Shown in pieces: positions 28,440 through 38,850 of a DNA stretch of 56,813 nt. Both the position numbers and the translations under genes were made by a program. Position 1 is the first letter of the stretch. Every line of letters starts with the position of its first letter. Source of the DNA: Chthoniobacterales bacterium (GTDB lineage Bacteria > Verrucomicrobiota > Verrucomicrobiia > Chthoniobacterales > UBA10450); assembly GCA_013820755.1 (NCBI GenBank), contig JACDHZ010000001.1, forward strand, positions 1 through 56,813, read 5' to 3'. The notes beneath the pieces are model-generated. The model saw only the letters and a program-made list of their open reading frames with translations. It did not search any database and had not been told where the DNA came from.

Positions 28440-28498
28440 TCATTGCACGAAGCGCTGCGGCTTGACCCATTTCCAAGCGCCGCTGACACTTGGGCGCC

Positions 28499-29320
28499 AT
28501 GACGGGAAATAACAGCGCGGTCATCCCTGAGCAGGGCTGGCATTGCATCCATCTGTTCTACCGAATCGAGTTTGGGCAGTGGCAGCTGCTCACGGATGAA
28601 GAACAGCGCGCGGCAAAGACGCGTCTCGCTTCGCTTGTGCAGGAGGTGCGTGCGTTGGAGTCCACCCAACTACTAACACTCAGTGTCGTGTCACCGAAAG
28701 CTGATCTCGGCTTTATGTTCGTCACGCCGGATCTGCACGCAGCGAACCGAATCGAGAAACAGCTGGGGCTTGCGTTGGGCCCGGACGTACTCGTGCCAGT
28801 CTATAGCTACCTGTCGCTGACCGAGGAGAGCGAGTATCGGACCTCTGCGGAAGATTACGCGGCAACACTGCAGCAGGAGCAGAAGCTGGAGCCTGGCTCA
28901 CGCGAGTTCGCGCAGGCCATGGGTGCTTTTGAAGAGCGGATGAAACATTACCGCGATGAGCGTGTGTATCCGACGCTGCCGGACTGGCCGGTAGTTTGTT
29001 TTTACAACATGAGCAAACGACGCGGCGAACGGCGGAACTGGTATTCGCTGCCTTTCGAGGAGCGACGAAAGCTGATGCTAGGCCATGGTGCCGTCGGCCG
29101 GCAGTATGCCGGCAAGGTGAAGCAGCTCATCACCGGCTCTAGCGGCCTCGACGACGCTGAATGGGGCGTGACGCTGTTCGCGTCCGATACGTTTCAGATC
29201 AAATCCATCGTATACCAGATGCGTTTCGATCCGGTCAGCGCCGAGTACGGCGAGTTCGGCGAATTCTACATTGGATTGCAACTGCCGCTCGACGAGCTGT
29301 TCCGCAGACTACAGCTTTGA
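28499..29320 (+). CDS. Chlorite dismutase-family protein (HemQ/ChdC-like coproheme decarboxylase candidate)
   Basis: GWHCIHLFYRI..., YNMSKRRGERRNWYSLPFEERRKLMLGHG and YQMRFD motifs typical of the Cld/HemQ family. ATG at 28499 inside ORF 28490..29320. Confidence 0.75.
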   Translation: MTGNNSAVIPEQGWHCIHLFYRIEFGQWQLLTDEEQRAAKTRLASLVQEVRALESTQLLTLSVVSPKADLGFMFVTPDLHAANRIEKQLGLALGPDVLVPVYSYLSLTEESEYRTSAEDYAATLQQEQKLEPGSREFAQAMGAFEERMKHYRDERVYPTLPDWPVVCFYNMSKRRGERRNWYSLPFEERRKLMLGHGAVGRQYAGKVKQLITGSSGLDDAEWGVTLFASDTFQIKSIVYQMRFDPVSAEYGEFGEFYIGLQLPLDELFRRLQL

Positions 29321-29333
29321 TTTCCGTGCCGAG

Positions 29334-29418
29334 GGATGGGTGGCAGAGTGGTCTAATGCGCACGCCTGGAAAGCGTGTTTGCCGCAAGGCAACCAGGGTT
29401 CGAATCCCTGCCCATCCG
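29334..29418 (+). tRNA. tRNA-Ser (anticodon GGA), class II with long variable arm; CCA not encoded
   Basis: Acceptor GGATGGG/CCCATCC. Anticodon stem CACGC/GCGTG with loop CTGGAAA (GGA at 29368-29370). Variable arm TTTGCCGCAAGGCAACC. T-arm CAGGG-TTCGAAT-CCCTG. Discriminator G. Confidence 0.9.
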
Positions 29419-29426
29419 CGTGGCGC

Positions 29427-30119
29427 TTAGGGGACTTGACCGGCGTCTCGCCGCGTGAGGACCTGAACGCTTTGGCGCACCTTCACGATGCTCGAGGCGG
29501 GCAGGACGCCGCGGAAATTTGTGCCCGGGTAGACGATGCAATCGCGCCCGAGCACCGATCCAGGATTGATCACCGCGTTGCAGCCGATCTCTGTTCGATC
29601 GCCCACGATGGCACCGAACTTAGTAAGGCCAGTCGCGATATTCCCATCGGTCGCGTTCACCTGAATCTCACGGTGATCCAACTTCACGTTCGAAAGAATG
29701 ACTCCGGCACCGAGATGAGACTTGTACCCGAGGACCGAATCGCCAACGTAGTTAAAGTGCGGCACCTGCGCCTCATCAAACAGGATGCAGTTTTTGAACT
29801 CGCACGAATTGCCCATTACCACGCCGTCGCCGGCGATCACGTTTTCCCGGATATAGCAGCCGCTGCGAATGTGACAGTTTTCGCCAATCCAGGCGGGCCC
29901 TTTTAGCACTGCGCCCTGCTCGATTACCGTTCCAGCCCCTACAAAGACCGAGTCGCTGATAAACGGCTTGCCGACGAGGTCACCGAGCACTGCCGGCTTC
30001 AAACGGAACTGCAGGTAACTTGCGATCTGCTTGAGTGCGTCCCAGACGTATTTCTGGCTCTCAAAGAGTTTCGCATGCGCCGTGTGCTCCAGCGTGAGGA
30101 ATTCATCGGGCGAGAACAT
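29427..30119 (-). CDS. Left-handed beta-helix (hexapeptide-repeat) transferase-family protein
   Basis: Repeated [LIV]-G-x-x-x-x hexapeptides (IGENCHIRSGCYIRENVIAGDGVVMGNSCEFKN...). ATG at 30119; the upstream part of ORF ..30431 overlaps cysS and is rejected. Confidence 0.7.
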   Translation of the reverse strand: MFSPDEFLTLEHTAHAKLFESQKYVWDALKQIASYLQFRLKPAVLGDLVGKPFISDSVFVGAGTVIEQGAVLKGPAWIGENCHIRSGCYIRENVIAGDGVVMGNSCEFKNCILFDEAQVPHFNYVGDSVLGYKSHLGAGVILSNVKLDHREIQVNATDGNIATGLTKFGAIVGDRTEIGCNAVINPGSVLGRDCIVYPGTNFRGVLPASSIVKVRQSVQVLTRRDAGQVP

Positions 30120-30129
30120 CCGTTTTCGA

Positions 30130-31560
30130 TCAAGCTCCGGCGCGGCGTGTGAGTTTCTGTCCCTCTTTGCTGTCGCGCACGCCCCAGCCGAGCGCTGCAA
30201 GTTGATCGCGCAATTCATCACTTTTTCGCCACTCCTTGGCAAGCCTTGCCTGTGCGCGTGCTTCGACCAGCGTCGCAATGTCCGCAGGAATTCCAGCGGC
30301 ATCGGATGTAACGGCGAGCACGCTGTCGATTTTCTCCCACCACTCCAGCCAACTGCGCGCGCCAGCCGGAGCAAGGATCCCATCATCGAGTGCACGATTG
30401 GTCTCGCGAATGTTTTCGAATACAACGGCAAGGGCAGCGGAAATATTCAGATCATCGTCGAACGCGCGACTGAATTGATCGTTGTCAGCTTGCTCTCGAG
30501 TGCTCGAAGCTGAGCGTTCGCCGTTTTCTCCGTCCGCGTCCGCGGAGCGTGCGCGCAATCTCTCGATCCAATCGTCGATGCGCGTGAGTGACTGCCGCGC
30601 CTCCTGCATGCCTTCAAACGTGAAATTCAGCGGAGCACGGTAATGGACGCGCAGGAGCGCATATCGCACCTCGCGTCCGCTGTAACCCTTCGCGAGCACG
30701 TCACGGAGCGTATGGAAATTGCCTAACGACTTCGACATCTTCTGGCCATCGACCATCAAGTGTGCGCAATGCAGCCAGTAGCGAACGAACTGCTTGCCCG
30801 TGCAGCCTTCGGTTTGAGCGATCTCAGCTTCGTGGTGCGGGAAGATGTTGTCGACACCGCCGCAATGGATGTCGAGCTGATCACCCAGAAGCTGCGTAGC
30901 CATCGCGCTGCATTCGATGTGCCATCCTGGTCGGCCTCGTCCCCACGGGCTTTCCCAATGCACCGCGCCATCAGCTTCATCCCACGCCTTCCAAAGCGCG
31001 AAGTCACCAATGCTCTCCTTCTCATACTCGTCGTTCTTAACCCGGCCGGTCGATTGCAGCTCGTCGAGATTGAAGTGGGCGAGATGCCCATATGCCGGGA
31101 AGTTCTTAATGCGAAAATAAACAGAATTGTCGTCAGCCTGGTAAGCGAGACCTCGAGAGACCAGGGTTCGGATCATCTCAATCATCGCAGCGATCTGGCG
31201 CGGATCTGTTGCTTCTGGAAATGCCTGCGCACGTTTAATCCTTAACGTTCCCAGGTCTTCGAAGAACCCCTGCTTGAAGGGCTCTGTGAAATCCCCGAGC
31301 GGCACACCCGCTGCCTGGCAGCCGCGAATGGTCTTATCATCGACATCGGTGATGTTCATCACACGCTCGACGCCGTATCCGCGTGCTTCGAGGTGACGCT
31401 GTAGCAGATCCTCGAAAAGGTACGCGCGGAAATTACCAATATGCGCGTAGCTATACACGGTGGGACCGCACGTGTACATCTTCACAGTGCGGCCATCGTC
31501 CGCGATCGGGCGAAATTCCTCGATCTCGCGAGAGTAGGTGTTGAACAGTCGCAGCGACAT
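30130..31560 (-). CDS. cysS: Cysteine--tRNA ligase
   Basis: HIGH-type motif YSYAHIGNFR, KMSKS motif GQKMSKSLGN and WHIECS. Confidence 0.95.
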   Translation of the reverse strand: MSLRLFNTYSREIEEFRPIADDGRTVKMYTCGPTVYSYAHIGNFRAYLFEDLLQRHLEARGYGVERVMNITDVDDKTIRGCQAAGVPLGDFTEPFKQGFFEDLGTLRIKRAQAFPEATDPRQIAAMIEMIRTLVSRGLAYQADDNSVYFRIKNFPAYGHLAHFNLDELQSTGRVKNDEYEKESIGDFALWKAWDEADGAVHWESPWGRGRPGWHIECSAMATQLLGDQLDIHCGGVDNIFPHHEAEIAQTEGCTGKQFVRYWLHCAHLMVDGQKMSKSLGNFHTLRDVLAKGYSGREVRYALLRVHYRAPLNFTFEGMQEARQSLTRIDDWIERLRARSADADGENGERSASSTREQADNDQFSRAFDDDLNISAALAVVFENIRETNRALDDGILAPAGARSWLEWWEKIDSVLAVTSDAAGIPADIATLVEARAQARLAKEWRKSDELRDQLAALGWGVRDSKEGQKLTRRAGA

Positions 31561-31572
31561 TTCCCGCGTTGT

Positions 31573-32049
31573 CTAATCCTGCTCGACTGAGACGACTGCC
31601 ATTGCCGCCATCCCTTCGCCGCGACCAATCGTTCCGAGACCTTCGTTCGTGGTCGCTTTGATGCTGATGCGCCCTCGCTCGAGGTGCAACACCCGCGCGA
31701 TGTTCTCGCGCATCGCGTCGATGTATGGCGCGATCTTAGGCGCTTCGGCGATGAGCGTCGCGTCGACGTTCACCGGTCGCGCCTTCGTTTTTCGCAACAC
31801 GTGAGTCACGCGCTCGAGAATGGCGATGCTACTGATGCCGCGAATCGTCTCATCCGTGTTTGGAAAGTGATGGCCAATGTCGCTTTCGCCGATCGCGCCG
31901 AGCAGCGCGTCAGCGATCGCATGGGAGAGCACATCCGCGTCGGAATGTCCGTCTAGGCCGACCGAATGCGGGATTTCTACGCCACCGAGTATCAGTTTTC
32001 GGCCCGCCACGAGCCGATGAGCGTCGTATCCGATGCCGCACCTCGTCAT
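31573..32049 (-). CDS. ispF: 2-C-methyl-D-erythritol 2,4-cyclodiphosphate synthase
   Basis: [31 protein letters not shown] and ATTNEGLG. Confidence 0.95.
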   Translation of the reverse strand: MTRCGIGYDAHRLVAGRKLILGGVEIPHSVGLDGHSDADVLSHAIADALLGAIGESDIGHHFPNTDETIRGISSIAILERVTHVLRKTKARPVNVDATLIAEAPKIAPYIDAMRENIARVLHLERGRISIKATTNEGLGTIGRGEGMAAMAVVSVEQD

Positions 32050-32052
32050 GGC

Positions 32053-32799
32053 TCACAGCCCCAGGTCGATCACGCCGTTCGACGCAACGACGCTGTATTT
32101 GTCTTTGAGATCCGCGCGAGGTCGCATGTCAACACTGCCGCCCGCAGTTTCAATCAAGATCCAACCGGCCGCGACGTCCCAAAGACTAATGCCCTGCTCA
32201 ATGTAAGCGTCGAATCGGCCGCAGGCTACATACGCCATGTCGAGAGCAGCACTGCCCATGAGCCGGCATTTGCGCGCGCGATGCACCATGTCTTGCAGGA
32301 GCGGGATGCCAGCGTCGATTGTTGCGCTCGTCTTCGACAGACCAACGGAGATCACGGCTTCGGCGAGAGCACCGCGGCTGCTTACGCGAAATGGCGCCCC
32401 ATTCAACGTTGGCCGGCCGCCTTTTTGCACGGCCCAGAGTTCCTCGCGCATTGGATCGTAGATCACGCCTGCAACTACTTCGCCGCGGTATCGCAGTGCA
32501 ATGGAGATGCAGAAGTGCGGGATGCCGTAAAAATAGTTTACCGTGCCATCGAGCGGATCCACGACCCACTGATGTTCGGCCGATTGATCACCGACGATTC
32601 CTTCCTCGCCGTACAGCGCGTGTTGCGGAAATTTCTCCAGCAGGAGATTGGTGATCAGCGCTTGTGCCTGAACATCAATCTCCAGCTTGATGTCATGCGC
32701 TTCACTGGAGTTCACGCGCAACGGCTGGTGAAAATTTTGCCGGAGCAGTTCGCCCGCAGCGCGCGCGGCATCGATCGCCGCGTCGAGGTACTTGGTCAT
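32053..32799 (-). CDS. Inositol monophosphatase-family protein (SuhB-like)
   Basis: YGEEG, WVVDPLDGTVNY and WDVAAG motifs. Confidence 0.9.
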   Translation of the reverse strand: MTKYLDAAIDAARAAGELLRQNFHQPLRVNSSEAHDIKLEIDVQAQALITNLLLEKFPQHALYGEEGIVGDQSAEHQWVVDPLDGTVNYFYGIPHFCISIALRYRGEVVAGVIYDPMREELWAVQKGGRPTLNGAPFRVSSRGALAEAVISVGLSKTSATIDAGIPLLQDMVHRARKCRLMGSAALDMAYVACGRFDAYIEQGISLWDVAAGWILIETAGGSVDMRPRADLKDKYSVVASNGVIDLGL

Positions 32800-33054
32800 G
32801 CGAGAGACTAGAACGCCTTCACATCTTTATTCACGCAATGATTTATCCGGAAAACGCCCGCATTAACAAACCGATCGATCTTCAGGCCACTGCCGGAACT
32901 CGAGCGGTGAGCTCTGGCCACGCTCCACACCTGTTGCAGTAAAAACGCAGGCGAGAGGAAGCCTGCCGCCTCTGCCAAACCAATGAAGATAACAGATAAA
33001 CCGCAGTTCTGACAGCTAGGTTGCTTCGCGTTCGGTGCCGGGGATGCTTAGCAC

Positions 33055-33480
33055 GTGGCTGCGCACTCCAAAGCTCTTCAGATCACCACCAACGGCAAGG
33101 GAACGTACCCGATCACACAGGCTGTCGCAGCAGTCGTGCGGGATAGCGGGATATCCTTCGGAACAGTGACTGTGTTCGTGCAACACACGAGCTGCAGCCT
33201 GATCATCATGGAAAATGCGGATTCGACCGCGCGCCACGACCTCGAGAGATACTTCGACCGGCTGGTCCCGGAAGACGTGCCGTACTTCCAGCACACCAGC
33301 GAAGGCTCCGACGACATGCCCTCACACATCCGAATGGTGCTCACGCGCACGAGTGAGGTGATTCCGATTAACGATCGGAGCATGCAGCTGGGCACATGGC
33401 AGGGGATCTTCTTGTTCGAGCACCGGCGTGCTGCACACCGTCGGCGCGTGATCGTTACAGTCGTCGGCGAGCCGGTCTAG
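33055..33480 (+). CDS. YjbQ/UPF0047-family protein (secondary thiamine-phosphate synthase-like)
   Basis: TVFVQHTSCSLIIMENAD, DDMPSHIR and GTWQGIFLFEHR are characteristic of the YjbQ family. Confidence 0.85.
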   Translation: MAAHSKALQITTNGKGTYPITQAVAAVVRDSGISFGTVTVFVQHTSCSLIIMENADSTARHDLERYFDRLVPEDVPYFQHTSEGSDDMPSHIRMVLTRTSEVIPINDRSMQLGTWQGIFLFEHRRAAHRRRVIVTVVGEPV

Positions 33481-33566
33481 TCAGCTGGCATATCAGCACC
33501 TCGTAATAATGTTCGCTCCTGTTACCGGTTGCGTGCAGCGCGTCTCGAAGCGCTCGTCGCACCAAT

Positions 33567-34709
33567 TCAGCCGTAGAGCGCCTCGACTAGCTGCAGCGAC
33601 TTGTCGTTAGGCAACAGTGATTGCTCCATTTGGTTCATTACGTATGCGAAACCAATTCCGTTCTCCAGGTCGGCGAACGCATGGCTGCCGCCCGCTCCCG
33701 GATGCCCGAAAGCGCTCGGCGAGTCACCAAACACGCGAGTCGAGGCGTTCCGCGAATCCATCATGAAGCCTGCTGAAAACACGGTTGGAATCTGAAAGAC
33801 GCGATCGATTCCGGATGAGAGCGGCGTCCTCATCTTCGCGATTGTCGCTGGCGCGAAGAAGCGGCGCCCGTCGAGCTCACCACCGTTTGCCAGGACGGCA
33901 TAGAACTTCGCGAGAGACGTGGCGCTTCCGATACCGCCAAACGATACATTCGAGACTCTGCGGATTGAGGGCGCGTTCATTCCGGTGACGGCGTGAAGAC
34001 CGGCCGGCGAGGTGAACGTCCTGCGCACCAGTGTTCCCGGTGTCGCGAGGTCAGTGTAGAACTGCGCGGGGGTCGGCGTTCGTCCGGCTTTCGCTGCGTA
34101 GATGGTGGCGGTACGCGCATTCTCGGCTTCGGGCAGCCCGATCCAGATATCCAGCCCGAGCGGTTCGGCGAACGTTCCCTGCCAATACGTGCCCAGCGTT
34201 TTCCCCGTCAGCCGCCTAACGAGTTCATCGAGCAGATAACCGAAGGTCCGCGCATGGTAACCATGAGCCGTTCCGGGTTGCCAGAGAGGAGTCTGCGCCG
34301 CCAGCGCAGCGATGACGCTTTCATAGTCGAGCACATCCACCCGCTCGTCGAGAGCCACCAGGCCCGCCTGGTGCGATAACAACTGCGCAAGTGTGATTCC
34401 GTTTTTGCCTCCATTAGCGAACTCCGGCCAGAACTCTGCGACCTTTCGGTCGAGTCCTATGTTCTGCTCCTGGAGAACATGCAACACACAGGCGCTGCCG
34501 ATGCCTTTTGTGGCCGACCACAACAGCACGAGCGTGTCCGCTGTCCAGGGTACCTCGCGGTGTGCATCACGGAATCCGCCGTACAGGTCAAGAACGAGCC
34601 TGCCGTGTTGCCACACCGAAACAGCCGCTCCGAGTTCGCCCCGTTCTTGGAAATTCTCCTTGAACAGCGGCTCGAGTCGCTCCGTCAACTCTGCGGCGTC
34701 GAGCTCCAT
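33567..34709 (-). CDS. Serine hydrolase, beta-lactamase/esterase (class C-like) family
   Basis: Nucleophile motif WSATKG (S-x-x-K), a later YHA (Y-x-N-like) region and a GHPGAGGS (K/H-T/S-G-like) box. Confidence 0.8.
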   Translation of the reverse strand: MELDAAELTERLEPLFKENFQERGELGAAVSVWQHGRLVLDLYGGFRDAHREVPWTADTLVLLWSATKGIGSACVLHVLQEQNIGLDRKVAEFWPEFANGGKNGITLAQLLSHQAGLVALDERVDVLDYESVIAALAAQTPLWQPGTAHGYHARTFGYLLDELVRRLTGKTLGTYWQGTFAEPLGLDIWIGLPEAENARTATIYAAKAGRTPTPAQFYTDLATPGTLVRRTFTSPAGLHAVTGMNAPSIRRVSNVSFGGIGSATSLAKFYAVLANGGELDGRRFFAPATIAKMRTPLSSGIDRVFQIPTVFSAGFMMDSRNASTRVFGDSPSAFGHPGAGGSHAFADLENGIGFAYVMNQMEQSLLPNDKSLQLVEALYG

Positions 34710-34758
34710 CGGGAAACGACGCTAGCAGCGTCATACCGAATGTCAGGTCAGCAGCGCC

Positions 34759-35226
34759 TCAGATGATGAAATGCAGCGCCTTGAGATCGGGATCTCTTTT
34801 GGCGAGCTCACGAAAGCTCGCGTCCATCTTGAAGCTGATCAGCAGATTTTCCTTCGCGCCGTTCACGTCGCCGAGCAGCGCTTCGTAGCACCCCATGTTG
34901 TAGTAATAGATCGGTTCTTTCAGCAGCGCGATTGGCCCCCTGATCAGAAGCATCTTCGCTTCCGCAGTCTTCCCCAGTTGGTGCAAACAAAAGCCGGCAT
35001 GGAGGAAACCGGTGCCAGAGTCGGGCGCCACTTTGCAGAGCATCTGGCTTACGCGAAGGGCACTGCCCCAGCGTTTCTGGCGCATCAGGTGGTGGAGCCG
35101 CATCTGAAGGACCTCAGGACGGTTCTGAAACCGGGGCGCGATGGCATTCAACTCCGCGATCGACTCGCGGTGCATACCCAGTTCCGCGTAACCGCAAGCC
35201 GCCTGCACATGCCAGTCCCACTCCAC
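34759..35226 (-). CDS. TPR-like repeat protein
   Basis: Helical-repeat pattern (AGFCLHQLGKTAEAKMLL, YNMGCYEALLGDVNGAKENL). No catalytic motif. Confidence 0.5.
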   Translation of the reverse strand: MEWDWHVQAACGYAELGMHRESIAELNAIAPRFQNRPEVLQMRLHHLMRQKRWGSALRVSQMLCKVAPDSGTGFLHAGFCLHQLGKTAEAKMLLIRGPIALLKEPIYYYNMGCYEALLGDVNGAKENLLISFKMDASFRELAKRDPDLKALHFII

Positions 35227-35288
35227 GTGCTCCTTGTGAGCACAACGCTTGCCAACTCAGCACCGCATTAAAGAAGGCTGGCGAGCGG

Positions 35289-37091
35289 TTATCCCAGTAG
35301 CTCTTCGAGTTCGGCAAGCCGCTGCTCGAACAACTCGATGGTCGCTAGGACCGGAGCTGAAGTTGTCATATCGACACCTGCGCGCCGCAGCGTAGGGAGC
35401 GGGAACTCGGACCCACCCGATTTCAGAAAGCCGAGATATGCCTCGACGGCGCCTGGTTCCTTCGCGAGCACACGCTGCGATAGTGACACCGCCGCAGAAA
35501 CGCCCGTTGCATACTTGTAGACATAAAATGCGCTGTAAAAATGCGGGATCCGTAGACATTCCAGCTCGAGCTGCGGATCGACCACAACAGCGTCGCCGAA
35601 ATATGCGTCGAGTAGCTTCCGATATTCCGCCTTGAAAACGTCGAGCGTGAGCGCTTCTCCGCTCTCCTCGATCGCATGGATCGCCTTCTCAAATTCCGCG
35701 AACATTGTTTGCCGGAACAGAGTGCCGCGTATGTCGTCGATTTGGCGGTTGATGATGTAGGCGCGCATCTTGGGATCGCTCGTCTGCTCGAGTAGAAAAT
35801 GCGTGAGCAGCTCCTCATTGAACGTGCTGGCGACTTCCGCCAGGAAGATCGGATAATCGTAGTCCTGGAACTGCTGCGCCTGCTGGGCGAACCACGTGTG
35901 CATCGAGTGTCCCGCCTCGTGCGCGAGTGTGTAGACATCGGCGAACACGTCGTCCTTGTAATTCATCAGGATGAATGGCGGCGCGCCGTAGCTCCCGCTC
36001 GAAAAGGCGCCGCTCCGTTTGCCTTTTGTTTCATACCGGTCGCACCAGCGGCAACGCAATCCATTGCCGAGCACGCGGACATATTCGTCGCCGAGCGGCG
36101 CAAGCGACGACGTTACCTTCTCGATGGCCTCGTCAAAACTGACGTGTGTGTCGATCTCCGGCACGAGCGGAACGTAGGTGTCGCAGGCGTGCAGCTCTCC
36201 GAGGGAGAGAACGCGACGCCGCAGCTTGTAATAACGCAGCAGAGGCGGGATGCCGCTTCGTACAGCCGCGATTAAACCGTCATAAACCGCGAGGGGAACA
36301 TCATCCCGGAACACCGATGCTTCGAGAGCGCTCGGGTGATTACGCGCGCGTGCGCGAAACACATCGGCTTTGACCGAATACGCGAGCGATGCAGCGAGCG
36401 TGTATTGGTGATCCTGGAACTCGGCATAAAACTGCGTGAAGGCGCTCTTCCGCAAGGCGGCATCGCGTTTCAGCAGAAACGAGCTGAAGGTGCTCTGCGT
36501 GAGCGTCCGCTCTTCGCCGTGTTCGTCGCGGAGCACGCCGAACTTCATGTCGACGTTCGTCAGCTGCGAAAAGGTGTCGTCGTACCCGTCAAGCGCAGCG
36601 CTGCCCATGGCAAGCAGGCGTTCTTCGCGTTCGCTGAGAACATGCGGGCGCATGCGTCGGATTTTGTGCAGCCCAATCCGCCACTCGTTGAGGACCGCAT
36701 CATCGAGAAACTCCGACCAACGCGCGTCATCGATCGCCTGAATTTCAGGCACCACGAACGCGGACGCCTCGCCAATCTGCGTCATCAGATTCTGGAGCTG
36801 GCCGACGCGCGAGAGGTATTCGTTGTTCGCGCTGTCCTCCGCCAGCTGCAGCGAGGCGTAGTGGTAAACGCGCTCAATCTTCAGATCGAGTTGCTTCTCG
36901 AACCCGAGCAACTCGGCGAGCGTCGCCGCCGATTCTCCGACGCGCCCCTTCCATTCTTTGATGCGCGGATACATCGATGTGATCCACGCGACGTCTTCCT
37001 GCCACTTACCGACGGCTGCGAACAACTGCGTCAAATCCCATTTGTCGGAATCGGGAATCTCACCGCGCGTGGGCGTCTTCGTCTCGCTCAT
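35289..37091 (-). CDS. pepF: Oligoendopeptidase F (M3B family)
   Basis: Zinc motif LAHEAGHSMH with downstream LAEVASTFNE. Start at ATG 37091 (MSETKTPTRG) inside ORF ..37148. Confidence 0.9.
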   Translation of the reverse strand: MSETKTPTRGEIPDSDKWDLTQLFAAVGKWQEDVAWITSMYPRIKEWKGRVGESAATLAELLGFEKQLDLKIERVYHYASLQLAEDSANNEYLSRVGQLQNLMTQIGEASAFVVPEIQAIDDARWSEFLDDAVLNEWRIGLHKIRRMRPHVLSEREERLLAMGSAALDGYDDTFSQLTNVDMKFGVLRDEHGEERTLTQSTFSSFLLKRDAALRKSAFTQFYAEFQDHQYTLAASLAYSVKADVFRARARNHPSALEASVFRDDVPLAVYDGLIAAVRSGIPPLLRYYKLRRRVLSLGELHACDTYVPLVPEIDTHVSFDEAIEKVTSSLAPLGDEYVRVLGNGLRCRWCDRYETKGKRSGAFSSGSYGAPPFILMNYKDDVFADVYTLAHEAGHSMHTWFAQQAQQFQDYDYPIFLAEVASTFNEELLTHFLLEQTSDPKMRAYIINRQIDDIRGTLFRQTMFAEFEKAIHAIEESGEALTLDVFKAEYRKLLDAYFGDAVVVDPQLELECLRIPHFYSAFYVYKYATGVSAAVSLSQRVLAKEPGAVEAYLGFLKSGGSEFPLPTLRRAGVDMTTSAPVLATIELFEQRLAELEELLG

Positions 37092-37223
37092 CAGTTCGCT
37101 GCTATACGATGGCGCTCTGGCCGCCGCAACGCGTGCGCGGCAGGGCAATCAGCTTTGGAAGTTCGATGCGAACACGCTTCCTGCTTCCCGTAATGGCCTG
37201 TCGCAGCCGCGACGAGAACGGGA

Positions 37224-38009
37224 TCAATGCACTTTCGAAGCGGGCTTTTGCGGGAAAATCAGGATCAACGCGATGATCACCACCAGGAGCGCCAGAGATG
37301 CGGTATATCGGCTCAGAGCCAGCCCTCCACTGGCGAGAGGCTTGTCCAGAAAGTCGCCGACGACAGCTCCGAGCGGGCGAGTCAGGATGAAGGCCACCCA
37401 AAACAATACCGCGCGCGAAATGCTCGTGAAGTAGTAGAGAAGCGCGGTCACCAGGAGTAAACCGCTGAAGACCGCGGCAGCCCCGAGGTAGCCCATCTCA
37501 TTGGTATCCGCTAGCCAGTCCCCGAGCGCCGTCCCCAGCGTCTGCGAGAACATGATTGTGACCCAATAAAAGATCTCCACCTTCGGCGTGTTCACGGTCT
37601 CGACTGAGATGCTCCCGGTCGACCGACGCCAGGTTAAAAGTGACGTAATCACAAGCATCAGCAATATGGTCGAACCGCCGGTGTAGCCGATGCGCAGCGA
37701 TCTGGTGCAATAATCGGCCAGCGTAGTCCCGACCGTCGTCGTGGTCACAATCGTGAACCAGTAGAGGAACGGGTGGAACTTTTTCGCCTTGATCTGGACC
37801 AGGACCGCGGCAGCGAAAATTACGCCGAATATTGCCGTTCCGATCAGATAGCCGGTGCCTTTGGCCGCGGCGCTAGTTTCACCAAGCCACGACATGGTGA
37901 CGGCGTCGCCGCCGGTCTCGCCCAGCGTGGTCGCCAGGATCTTAATGATCCAGAATACAAGCGTTACCTGGGGTACTTTAGCAACGAGCTCCCGTGTTCT
38001 TTGGTCCAT
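37224..38009 (-). CDS. Polytopic membrane protein of unknown function (duplicated four-helix halves)
   Basis: About 8 hydrophobic segments with an internal repeat (ILATTLGETGGDA / FSQTLGTALGDW). No function assignable. Confidence 0.6.
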   Translation of the reverse strand: MDQRTRELVAKVPQVTLVFWIIKILATTLGETGGDAVTMSWLGETSAAAKGTGYLIGTAIFGVIFAAAVLVQIKAKKFHPFLYWFTIVTTTTVGTTLADYCTRSLRIGYTGGSTILLMLVITSLLTWRRSTGSISVETVNTPKVEIFYWVTIMFSQTLGTALGDWLADTNEMGYLGAAAVFSGLLLVTALLYYFTSISRAVLFWVAFILTRPLGAVVGDFLDKPLASGGLALSRYTASLALLVVIIALILIFPQKPASKVH

Positions 38010-38046
38010 TTTGATCCTCCGAAAATCATTGTTGGCGCTTTGTTTT

Positions 38047-38832
38047 TCATCGGAAACCAGCTTCTCCCTTCTTGTGCATGTGCGGACCTTTTACTTCGAG
38101 CGGCTCCGCCGCCTTGCTTGCAGGAATTTGCGGACAACTGTCGATCCACTTGTCCGCAGCGGATGCGATCCAAAGGACCGCGTTGCGCAAGACCCGCCTA
38201 ACAAGTGGATGATGGTAGATAGGATAAACTTCGTGGCCGGGTCCAAAGTAGAAGATTTTGCCGTTGCCGCGATTCCAGGTGCAGCCGGACCGGAACACTT
38301 CGCCACCTTCGAACCAGGAGATGAAGACGGTTTCGTCGGGCGCGGGAATCGCGAACGGCTCGCCATACATTTCGGTGCTGGAGATTTCGAAATACCGATC
38401 AATGCCGCGCGCGATCGGATGCGCCGGATTACAAACCCAGAGGCGTTCCTTCTCGCCGGCTTCCCGCCACGTGAGTGAGCAACTCGTCCCCATGAGGCGC
38501 TTGAACGGCTCTGAGTAATGCGCCGAGTGCAGTGCGATGAACCCCATTCCTTCCCATACCCGAGCGAGGACACGGTCGACGACCTTGTCGTTCACCTGTC
38601 CGTGAGCGGCGTGTCCCCACCAGACCAGCACGTCCGTTTCATCGAGCGCACGTTTCGTTAGGCCATGTTGCGCTTGCTGGAGAGTCGCGGTGTTGACATC
38701 GAACGAGCGATTCTCCGCGATGGCGTCAGCGATCGTGGTGTGCATCCCTTCGGGGTAAATACTGCGCACCACGGCGTTTTTGCGTTCGTGGATGTTTTCA
38801 CCCCAGACGGTGACTCGGATCTTACGCGGCAT
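38047..38832 (-). CDS. ThuA-domain (trehalose-utilisation-like, class I glutamine-amidotransferase-like fold) protein
   Basis: IRVTVWGENIHE, DVLVWWGHAAHG, ALHSAHYS and YFGPGHE patterns typical of the ThuA family. Confidence 0.75.
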   Translation of the reverse strand: MPRKIRVTVWGENIHERKNAVVRSIYPEGMHTTIADAIAENRSFDVNTATLQQAQHGLTKRALDETDVLVWWGHAAHGQVNDKVVDRVLARVWEGMGFIALHSAHYSEPFKRLMGTSCSLTWREAGEKERLWVCNPAHPIARGIDRYFEISSTEMYGEPFAIPAPDETVFISWFEGGEVFRSGCTWNRGNGKIFYFGPGHEVYPIYHHPLVRRVLRNAVLWIASAADKWIDSCPQIPASKAAEPLEVKGPHMHKKGEAGFR

Positions 38833-38850
38833 CGGCTTAAGGAAGACGGA